DNA of 64,000 nucleotides from a virus. Its lineage: Duplodnaviria > Heunggongvirae > Uroviricota > Caudoviricetes. Each line of letters begins with the position of its first letter. The stretch's first letter is position 1. Below the pieces are notes generated by a model. The model did not search any database and was not told the origin of the DNA. It saw only the letters and a list, made by a program, of their open reading frames with translations. The translations under genes were made by a program, and so were the position numbers. Positions 25,765-33,451 of the stretch are shown here, in pieces. The DNA lies in IMG/VR virus record IMGVR_UViG_3300027744_000008; one strand, given 5' to 3'.

Positions 25765-26947
25765 GGTTTGTGTTGATCTTAAACCATTTTGTTATATGAT
25801 GGTTGTGTGCTAACACTTCAGACATCTCATTATACATCTCTTGTAGTTCATCAATAGACTTGCTGTCAATTAGATCAATGACATCTAATATCTTTAACAT
25901 GCGCCGTTCGTGATTTTCTTCAAGGTCATAACTTTCATCCCACCAACGATCAAAAGTGTTAAACCCAAAAGTTTTAAGATACTTTAAACTGTAGGGAGGT
26001 GCTACAAGTATTAAAGGTAATTTTGCCCGTAAAGGGTTTAAAGTTTTTTCACTGATATTTGCAAATGGCTGCGCGAACCGTGTTTCATTGACTACTGCAC
26101 AAAAACATTCTGCGTAACTGTTGATAAATTCAGTTGAGACAGGAGGTGCAACCTTACCAGGAATACACACAGAATTAAACTTGTCAACCGTTACAGAAGA
26201 TGTATCCCTATCAATGTGTAGATTAGAATTTTCTAAGACAGCCGATCCTGCTACTAATTTTAAAAATCTCAATGGGTTAGAATTTTCTAATTGATCTAAA
26301 TCAAACCAAACATTTTCTCGAAGTTTATCAAACTCGCATTTGATATGCCAACTATAATTTCCTTCTATGTTAACTAGATGAGACATGGAAATGTGTCTAT
26401 GAGTAGCGTATCTCCAATTTGAACACCAAAACTTTTTAGATATGTTGTGGTTAATAGTGTTGTATTTTGTAGGATGATTTAGGCTTCTTAAGAAGATATC
26501 AAAGCAGTGTAATTTTAAATTTGGATATTGGTCTTGTAGTAATTGTATCCCATACTCACAGGTATATACATTGATAAATTCAAGATTGTACGCTACTCTA
26601 AATTTTTCAACACTGTCTAATTCATCACTTCTTATATCAGATATACTTTCATCACCTTTAAATTCACTGTAAAATGATCTATTGTGAAATTCATTTGTTG
26701 ATAATTTAAAACACAAAGGCTCAAAGAAATAAACATCTAGTGCAGATAATTTTGACTTAACTTCTAAATTATCAAATTCGTTGATAAAGTTAGTACCAGT
26801 ATAGATAAAAGACGGAGTCTTGATGGTTTTAATATTTTTAAAGACATTCCATCTCAATTGAGAAACAGCCAAAAATCCCAAATGATCTTCTTGACCTGGA
26901 ATGTTTACCCAATACAATCCCGGCGTGTATTCAAGATCTAAGTTCAT
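25751..26947 (-). CDS. putative glycosyltransferase (GT10-like SEK motif)
   Basis: AVVNET...NISEKTLNP...LP...GFNTFDRWWDESYD. Confidence 0.5.
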   Translation of the reverse strand: MNLDLEYTPGLYWVNIPGQEDHLGFLAVSQLRWNVFKNIKTIKTPSFIYTGTNFINEFDNLEVKSKLSALDVYFFEPLCFKLSTNEFHNRSFYSEFKGDESISDIRSDELDSVEKFRVAYNLEFINVYTCEYGIQLLQDQYPNLKLHCFDIFLRSLNHPTKYNTINHNISKKFWCSNWRYATHRHISMSHLVNIEGNYSWHIKCEFDKLRENVWFDLDQLENSNPLRFLKLVAGSAVLENSNLHIDRDTSSVTVDKFNSVCIPGKVAPPVSTEFINSYAECFCAVVNETRFAQPFANISEKTLNPLRAKLPLILVAPPYSLKYLKTFGFNTFDRWWDESYDLEENHERRMLKILDVIDLIDSKSIDELQEMYNEMSEVLAHNHHITKWFKINTNLNVL

Positions 26948-27903
26948 GATTCTCTAATTAAATCCAATGTTACACAATGAAAACATCCGCCTAATGTCCT
27001 ACTATGACGCATGGGCAACATAGCGCATTCTATTCCGTATTTTTCTAATTCTACTCTAAGATTATGTTGATGTTCTTCAACTATAACAAGGCTTGGACTA
27101 ACACTTAATAAATTTACATTAATCCATTTAGATGAATTACACCATCCAGGATAATGCCCAACATCAACAGGTTCAGGAGAAAATATAACGTCCCAGTCCT
27201 GAAATGCCCTGGGCAACATATCTTTACTCTTAACTCTGCTAGGATTTACCAGCATGAGTCCTTCTCTTAGGAAGGCCACGGTACTGTCAATGTGCATATA
27301 ACTATAAACATTTTCTAATGTATGCACGGGAACATTTAGTAACTCTTGAAGATACTGAGCACCATTTTTGTTACCACTGTTTGAAACCAAATACATTAGT
27401 TTGTCATTGGCTTTAATAACATTGGCAGCATCAAACTTTGGATGATGATTTTGTAAGGCTAGTACCTCTGGATCGCCGAGACATTCTAGATTGTACATGT
27501 CATCGCCTTGATAATTAGGTACCACATGTATATTTTCTAAATGTTCAGCATAGGCTAGATACTCATTTTCACGGGCACGTAGACTCATAGGGGCTGCAAC
27601 TGCCTTATTGCCGTAGGCTATTATAGTATCTCTTGGACAATAATTGTAGTACTTTACAGGCTCTCTATGTGGGCGAACCACTTCTACACTGCACGACTTT
27701 AGAAAATTACTCAGCGTTTCTAAATCTTCATTTGCTTCATCTATTACTTGTGTTGGATATTGCCCTTGATGAATAGTGGATTCATCTTTTACATCAGCAT
27801 AGTTTACTGTGCGTAGACTAATATCTAAAGAGGGAATTGTTGCATAATCAGCAACTCCAACTACTACTTTTTTAAGGGTATCCCATTCGTTTAAAGCATT
27901 CAT
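26944..27903 (-). CDS. amidinotransferase (glycine/inosamine-phosphate amidinotransferase family)
   Basis: NEWDTLKKVVVG, CPRD, FDAAN, HIDST and GGCFHCVTLD (catalytic Asp/His/Cys). Confidence 0.9.
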   Translation of the reverse strand: MNALNEWDTLKKVVVGVADYATIPSLDISLRTVNYADVKDESTIHQGQYPTQVIDEANEDLETLSNFLKSCSVEVVRPHREPVKYYNYCPRDTIIAYGNKAVAAPMSLRARENEYLAYAEHLENIHVVPNYQGDDMYNLECLGDPEVLALQNHHPKFDAANVIKANDKLMYLVSNSGNKNGAQYLQELLNVPVHTLENVYSYMHIDSTVAFLREGLMLVNPSRVKSKDMLPRAFQDWDVIFSPEPVDVGHYPGWCNSSKWINVNLLSVSPSLVIVEEHQHNLRVELEKYGIECAMLPMRHSRTLGGCFHCVTLDLIRES

Positions 27904-27904
27904 T

Positions 27905-28660
27905 TTAAAATCCAACTGGTTGTCTGTAGTGCAAATTATATTTTTCTTTAATCATTGTAGTAATTATAGGAGCTAAGTCTTTATTTTTCGGTAAAGGAAT
28001 CATGTCAATGATGTCTTGGTGTATGCCGTGGCAAATATCCACTGTTTGATAATTCATCTCTAAATTTAAACTAGGGTATACTTGATCTCTTAAAAAATTT
28101 AAATGATGTAATACTGTAGGATGATCATCATATTGATATTGGCCAAACGCTTCAGTTCTATTGTAATCAAAAATAGTGTCAGTAGGGATAAATTCTTTAT
28201 AAAACTTAAACAATTTATTTTCTTTTTCTGTTAGATCTCTAGCATTACTTTCAAATTTTAATAAAGGTGTTACATTACTTTGAAAAGGAATTTTGTACAT
28301 CTTATTTGCAGATATGATTGCTGTGGAATTTTTTATAATATCGTTTTCAAGAGACCAGTATTTGCTAATAAATTTCCTATCATAAAATTCTTCATGAAAA
28401 ATATTCCCGTGTGTTTGCCAGTGTCTAATGTAACGATCTTCTCTATGCCAATGACTCCATAAAACAATTACTAAATCATCTTCTGTAATAGTATTCCTGA
28501 GATCGCATTCAACAAGTCTATGAAATATTCCTACATTACCTATTCCGCTCATGCCCCAGTTTTCACTAGGCACACCTAGGTCCCAAGCCATTATATCTGC
28601 CCATGTAGGCCATCCAAATCTTGTAAACGAACAACCAAAAGTAAAAAGTCTCTTATACAT
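27905..28660 (-). CDS. SGNH/GDSL-like protein
   Basis: FTFGCSFT, NWGMSGIGN and DDHPTVLHH; paralog of 18889..19707. Confidence 0.6.
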   Translation of the reverse strand: MYKRLFTFGCSFTRFGWPTWADIMAWDLGVPSENWGMSGIGNVGIFHRLVECDLRNTITEDDLVIVLWSHWHREDRYIRHWQTHGNIFHEEFYDRKFISKYWSLENDIIKNSTAIISANKMYKIPFQSNVTPLLKFESNARDLTEKENKLFKFYKEFIPTDTIFDYNRTEAFGQYQYDDHPTVLHHLNFLRDQVYPSLNLEMNYQTVDICHGIHQDIIDMIPLPKNKDLAPIITTMIKEKYNLHYRQPVGF

Positions 28661-29243
28661 TGAATACCTTCATTTTAGGGAGATATGGATAATCGTTGTA
28701 ACTCCAAGATGTCGGAGTAGAATTTATAGCAGTTGGCAACTTTTCTAACCCTAGTTGAGCAGTTTCGGGTGTCATATAATAATGATAACCCATTGTTTCA
28801 ATATCCTGCATTGCCCAAGGCTTATCTGATGTTCTTCCATCGTAACACAATTTCTTTAATGTTGTATACGCATCTTGGTTATCTGTTAAGATTGCGCCGC
28901 CTCGTACAAGATTAAGATGTTTTTTATACTGGAAACTTAGACACATCAATGTGTTGGGAATGTAACCTTTTTCTTTCCAATAGACCGCGGCATCTATGAT
29001 ATTTGTATTGCCTAAATAATAATAGTCCTGCCATTTAACTTCTTCAAAGGCCCATTTGATTCCTAACTTTTCAAATGTAAAAGGAAGAGACACGTAGGTC
29101 TGAGAGGGACAAGTGGCTGCTAGAACTTTATTATATCTTAATGACAGCTCAATAGCATGGGTGCAACAATCTACAGCAACGGCAAATGTAGACCCATAAA
29201 ATTTAGCAATAGCTTTTTCAAACTCATCAACTTTATTAAACAT
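28653..29243 (-). CDS. short DegT/DnrJ/EryC1/StrS PLP-dependent aminotransferase
   Basis: EFEKAIAKFYG...AVAVDCCTHA, IIDAA, LSFQYKKHL (PLP Lys), GGAILTD and GYHYYM. Confidence 0.82.
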   Translation of the reverse strand: MFNKVDEFEKAIAKFYGSTFAVAVDCCTHAIELSLRYNKVLAATCPSQTYVSLPFTFEKLGIKWAFEEVKWQDYYYLGNTNIIDAAVYWKEKGYIPNTLMCLSFQYKKHLNLVRGGAILTDNQDAYTTLKKLCYDGRTSDKPWAMQDIETMGYHYYMTPETAQLGLEKLPTAINSTPTSWSYNDYPYLPKMKVFNV

Positions 29244-29739
29244 TTTTTGTAAAAGTAACTTGTGCAGTGTACCTAGGTTCAAGTCCTATGTTGGCTGCTA
29301 GATGGGGAGTATCGTATTGCCATATAATATAGTCACCTGCTGACCATTTAGTAAAAGGAGTATCGTCAACTTCTAATATGTGCCCGGACCTCCAATCTTC
29401 TAAAAATACTATAGCTCTATAAATTGTAGTAGGATCTGTAATATTATGTACATTAATATAGGTTTTGTAACTATCACTGTGTCGTGGCAGCAAATCTCCG
29501 GTACTCATTTTAAGAAAATTAACACCTACATTTGTGCCGCCAAATAGTGTGAAGAAAGGTTCAGCCCAATCTGGCATGATATTTTTCATATCATATATTC
29601 CGCCCACTGAATCTCTCTCAGAATATCCTAAAGATTTCCACAGTTCTAAATCTTTAGGATTGTTAAACTGTGCATCTCGATATGTAAGTAGGGCATGTTT
29701 ATCGCCCCAGAATGGTTTAATCAGACCCGTCTCAAACAA
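29236..29739 (-). CDS. 2OG-Fe(II) oxygenase-like (Asp/Asn hydroxylase-like cupin)
   Basis: LPRHSD...TPHLAANIGLEPRYTAQVT; TTG start with a GGAGAG SD. Confidence 0.72.
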   Translation of the reverse strand: MFETGLIKPFWGDKHALLTYRDAQFNNPKDLELWKSLGYSERDSVGGIYDMKNIMPDWAEPFFTLFGGTNVGVNFLKMSTGDLLPRHSDSYKTYINVHNITDPTTIYRAIVFLEDWRSGHILEVDDTPFTKWSAGDYIIWQYDTPHLAANIGLEPRYTAQVTFTKNV

Positions 29740-29816
29740 AATGTCTCTCCAATAAATATGCTACTATTATTTATTTGAGGAACCTATGCGAATAATTTTT
29801 ATCAATGTGAGAATGT

Positions 29817-30575
29817 ATGAAAATAATACTAGTAACTGGCGGATTTGACCCCCTACATTCTGGACACATTTCCTATTTCGAAGCTGCTAAACGGTTAGGA
29901 AATAAGCTAGTAGTAGGACTAAATTCAGATGCGTGGCTCGAACGTAAAAAGGGTCGGGCTTTCATGCCCTTTGAAGAACGACAACGTATTATACAAAGTC
30001 TTCATATGGTAGATATGGTTATAGATTTTGATGATAATGATGGCACTGCCTGTGATGCCATTGCTAAAGTTCGCCTACATTACCCTATGAAATATGTAAA
30101 AGTAATCTTTGCCAACGGCGGTGATCGTACAGCAAACAATATACCTGAGATGACTGTACCAAATGTTGAGTTTGTATTTGGTGTAGGTGGTGAAAATAAA
30201 ATCAATTCAAGTAGCTGGATCTTAGATGAATGGCGGTCTCCTAAAACAGAACGACCGTGGGGATATTATCGAGTATTACATGAGGTCCCTGGAACTAAAG
30301 TAAAAGAACTTACAGTCATGCCTGGACAAAGTCTAAGCCTACAACGCCATAAAAACAGACATGAGATTTGGCATGTAGCAGAAGGCAAATGTGCAGTTGA
30401 ACAACGTATGTCTAGCGGTTATATTTTGCCAACAGTTAATTTAGAAAAATACAGTCAAATCAATATACCAATTAACAATTGGCATAGACTGTATAATCCA
30501 TTTGAGGAACCTTGCAAGATCATCGAAATACAATACGGCAAGTCTTGTGATGAAGAAGATATCGAACGGATTTAA
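29817..30575 (+). CDS. cytidylyltransferase-like (HIGH) domain fused to a mannose-6-phosphate isomerase type II cupin
   Basis: VTGGFDPLHSGH, FANGGDR and NSSS; C-terminal ERPWGYYRVL...SLSLQRH...EIW...WHRL.N...IIEIQYG...EEDIER. Confidence 0.88.
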   Translation: MKIILVTGGFDPLHSGHISYFEAAKRLGNKLVVGLNSDAWLERKKGRAFMPFEERQRIIQSLHMVDMVIDFDDNDGTACDAIAKVRLHYPMKYVKVIFANGGDRTANNIPEMTVPNVEFVFGVGGENKINSSSWILDEWRSPKTERPWGYYRVLHEVPGTKVKELTVMPGQSLSLQRHKNRHEIWHVAEGKCAVEQRMSSGYILPTVNLEKYSQINIPINNWHRLYNPFEEPCKIIEIQYGKSCDEEDIERI

Positions 30576-30608
30576 TTAAAGCTATATATAATATAAAGGA
30601 CTATTAAC

Positions 30609-31535
30609 ATGCAAAAAATTCTTATCACTGGCCTGTCAGGATTCATTGGCGGCTATCTTAAAGACCGTTTAGAATCAAAATATCAAATTTTTGATCTTGA
30701 TCGAGACCTATTAGACAAAGAAGGTATCGATCAACGCCTACAAGAAGTTGATCCCGATTTTATTATTCACCTGGCTGCAAGAACTGAAGTAGAAAAAAGT
30801 TTTTATGAGCAAACAAGTTTCAGTAGTGTTAACTATGTTGGCACTGTCAACATGATTGAATCAGCTAGGCATTTAAAAAATTTAAAATTATTTGTTTTTA
30901 GCAGTACTATGGAGACCTACGGCTGGCAACCCGAAAGCGATTTGATTCGTGACGGCCAAGAATATACACTGCCTGTCTTCACAGAAGAAACTAGGCAACA
31001 TCCAAATGCTCCATATGCTGTGGCCAAGGTGGGATGTGAATTATATCTAGAATATGCACAACGGTCATTTAACTTTCCATTCTGTGCATTCAGACAGACT
31101 AATAGCTATGGACGTAAAGATAATGATTTCTTTGTAGTAGAACAGATTATTTCACAAATGTTAAAAAATCCCAATGAAATTAATCTAGGTTATGGAGAAC
31201 CATATCGTAACTTCCTTTGGATTGACGACTTAATTCGGTTATATGAAACAGTAATCGACAAACATGAGCAAGCTCGTGGAGAAATCTTCTGCACCGGTCC
31301 AAATAATGCTCTTAAAATCAAAGACCTTGTTGACAAGATAGCCAAGAAAATTGATTGGGATGGACAGGTTAATTGGAACACTAAGCCAAAGAGGGACGGA
31401 GAAATTTGGGTACTAAACTCTAGCCCTGCCAAAGCAGAACGACTGCTAGGATGGAAACCAGAAATGGATTTGGACACCGGGTTGGATCTTACTATCCAAA
31501 TCTGGAGAGAAAAACTTCTAACCAAAATTGCTTGA
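30609..31535 (+). CDS. NAD-dependent NDP-sugar epimerase/dehydratase
   Basis: ITGLSGFIG, IHLAA, FSST and PYAVAK (YxxxK). Confidence 0.9.
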   Translation: MQKILITGLSGFIGGYLKDRLESKYQIFDLDRDLLDKEGIDQRLQEVDPDFIIHLAARTEVEKSFYEQTSFSSVNYVGTVNMIESARHLKNLKLFVFSSTMETYGWQPESDLIRDGQEYTLPVFTEETRQHPNAPYAVAKVGCELYLEYAQRSFNFPFCAFRQTNSYGRKDNDFFVVEQIISQMLKNPNEINLGYGEPYRNFLWIDDLIRLYETVIDKHEQARGEIFCTGPNNALKIKDLVDKIAKKIDWDGQVNWNTKPKRDGEIWVLNSSPAKAERLLGWKPEMDLDTGLDLTIQIWREKLLTKIA

Positions 31536-31560
31536 CTTCCTGTTAAATTGGTGTTATAAT
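31532..31560 (+). promoter_or_regulatory. sigma70 promoter with extended -10
   Basis: TTGACT (31532-37), 17 nt, TATAAT (31555-60), with TG at -15/-14. Confidence 0.85.
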
Positions 31561-31591
31561 ATTATTATTGTTTAACACACAGGAGCAAAAA

Positions 31592-32773
31592 TTGGCTAAA
31601 ACAGTATCTAAATCTAAAGTGGCAGCTAGGGCCAGTGTATCACGTACCAAACGAGATCACAGCCCAGATTGGACTGGACACGAATCTTGGGACAGTGACC
31701 TGTTTACCAAAAAGTTCCGAGAAGCCATGCAGTACTACAATTTTGAGTATTCAGGTAAAGACCTTAAGCCTCAAGTAGTGCGTTGGATGACTTCGACAAA
31801 TGTTAACAAAACACTTACAGAAGCATTTAAGAAAACACGCGATAACCGAAGTGGTGTCACCATGGGCGCCGTTGCAAGTTGTTTGCTCAAAGGTATGCCC
31901 GATGTTCGTACAGATTTCAATCAAGGGCGTAGTACAGTGGCGTGGTTAATGAACGCCATCGAAGATGTTATCCATGCAGGCAAGAGCGATGTTTCCGAGG
32001 AAGAAGTAGTAGATGCTAAACCTGCTACAAATCAACCTAGCATACAAGATCGATTACGTGAAGTTGCCATGCGAATGACTGAAGAAATTGAAGATGCCAT
32101 CGAAAGCTTCAACACAGATCCAGATAATTTTGATCCAAGAGCATTTAAGGTACTAAACTTGCTCAAAGGCAAAGATGCCAAGGCAGCACATGCTCGTACC
32201 ATTCGCGACTTTTACAAACGCAATCTTGAAGAACTTGAAGAACTTGCCAGCGGCAATGCTGACGAACAGTTGCGTGAAGGTTACAAACACCGCAGTAAAA
32301 AACAAATTCTTGCTTTAATTGCCTTTTACAAAGAAGTTAATAGTGCCTGCACTATGTTAATGCAAGAAGCCAAAGTCAATCGAGCACCACGTGCTAAGAA
32401 AGCACAGCCTAAAGAAAAGATTGTGGCTAAACTCAAATACATGAAGACGTTTGAAGCGTTAAAACTTGTATCAGTTAATCCTGCCGATATCATTGGCAGT
32501 AAGGAGTTGTGGATTTATAATACAAAGAGTCGCAAGTTAGGCAGATATGTTGCGGCTGAGTACCAAGAGTTAGGTGTTAAGGGCGCTTCAATTACTGGCT
32601 TCTCCGAAATACAAAGTATTTGCAAGACTCTGCGTAGACCCGAAGAGAAACTTAAAGAATTTAAGAGTGCAGGTAAAGTTGCACTACGTAAATTCTTAGA
32701 CGATATTAATGCCACAGACACTAAAATGAATGGACGCATTAACGAGGAAACCATCTTACTTAAGGTAGCTTAA
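31592..32773 (+). CDS. hypothetical phage protein (Lys-rich, helical)
   Basis: TTG start after an AGGAG SD; long ORF with no recognised domain. Confidence 0.8.
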   Translation: MAKTVSKSKVAARASVSRTKRDHSPDWTGHESWDSDLFTKKFREAMQYYNFEYSGKDLKPQVVRWMTSTNVNKTLTEAFKKTRDNRSGVTMGAVASCLLKGMPDVRTDFNQGRSTVAWLMNAIEDVIHAGKSDVSEEEVVDAKPATNQPSIQDRLREVAMRMTEEIEDAIESFNTDPDNFDPRAFKVLNLLKGKDAKAAHARTIRDFYKRNLEELEELASGNADEQLREGYKHRSKKQILALIAFYKEVNSACTMLMQEAKVNRAPRAKKAQPKEKIVAKLKYMKTFEALKLVSVNPADIIGSKELWIYNTKSRKLGRYVAAEYQELGVKGASITGFSEIQSICKTLRRPEEKLKEFKSAGKVALRKFLDDINATDTKMNGRINEETILLKVA

Positions 32774-32786
32774 GATAAGTATATAC

Positions 32787-32829
32787 AGCGGTCTCAGGCA
32801 TTCAACCCGCTATAGAAATTCTGCATGCC
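32787..32829 (+). ncRNA. preQ1-I-like riboswitch aptamer candidate (H-type pseudoknot) in the queD leader
   Basis: P1 AGCGG(32787-91)/CCGCT(32807-11). Loop TCTCAGGCATTCAAC starts with U and ends AAC. A-rich ATAGAAA follows. Pseudoknot options are CAG/CTG(32821-23) or GGCAT/ATGCC(32825-29). It lies directly upstream of a queD SD. Confidence 0.6.
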
Positions 32830-32853
32830 ATTGCTCATCTTAAGGAGATAACA

Positions 32854-33381
32854 ATGGCAAATTTAAATGAAGTAGGGCATCGTTGGATGTCTGCAAGACA
32901 GTACAAATACACTAGCACCAAAGAGTACCACGACGCATTTCCCTGTGCATACAGACAGTGGAGGGCAGATAGTCATTGTAATTTAATACACGGCTATTCA
33001 TTCTCAATGAAGTTCTATTTTGGCACAGACAACTTAGATGTGCGTAATTGGGCGGCAGACTATGGCGGCTTAAAAGAGCTCAAAACCATTTTAGAAAGTC
33101 AATTTGATCATACACTATTAGTGGCGCAAGATGATCCAGAACTTGAATTCTATAAAGAAATGGAGAAGCGTAAACTAGCCAAACTGACTGTGCTTCCCAG
33201 ATTGGGCTGTGAAGGTCTAGCGGACATGTTGTACAAATATGTAAATGGAGTGTACGTTCCGGATATGTGGGGTCCAAGTGAAGCAGAACGACTGTGGTGC
33301 TATCGTGTAGAAGTACGTGAAACTCAAAGTAACATGGCTTTCCGTGAAGGCCATCGTGAATGGAATGAAGAACTGCTTTAA
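32854..33381 (+). CDS. queD: 6-carboxy-5,6,7,8-tetrahydropterin synthase (QueD/PTPS)
   Basis: HCNLIHGYS, ADYGGLKELK, FDHTLL, EGLA and VEVRET. Confidence 0.88.
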   Translation: MANLNEVGHRWMSARQYKYTSTKEYHDAFPCAYRQWRADSHCNLIHGYSFSMKFYFGTDNLDVRNWAADYGGLKELKTILESQFDHTLLVAQDDPELEFYKEMEKRKLAKLTVLPRLGCEGLADMLYKYVNGVYVPDMWGPSEAERLWCYRVEVRETQSNMAFREGHREWNEELL

Positions 33382-33392
33382 CACCGTTTAAC

Positions 33393-33421
33393 TAGACTGT
33401 AATGGACATAGATGTTATAAT
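33393..33421 (+). promoter_or_regulatory. sigma70-type promoter for uvsE
   Basis: TAGACT (33393-98), 17 nt, TATAAT (33416-21). Confidence 0.7.
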
Positions 33422-33451
33422 ACACTATGTCCATTTTTATTGATTGTACAC

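Noticed and set aside
26944-27903. Amidinotransferase as the archaeosine (dG+) forming enzyme
   Set aside because: Known G+ synthesis uses ArcS, QueF-like or Gat-QueC enzymes. This is a pentein-fold Arg-dependent type embedded among sugar genes. Not excluded, but unsupported.
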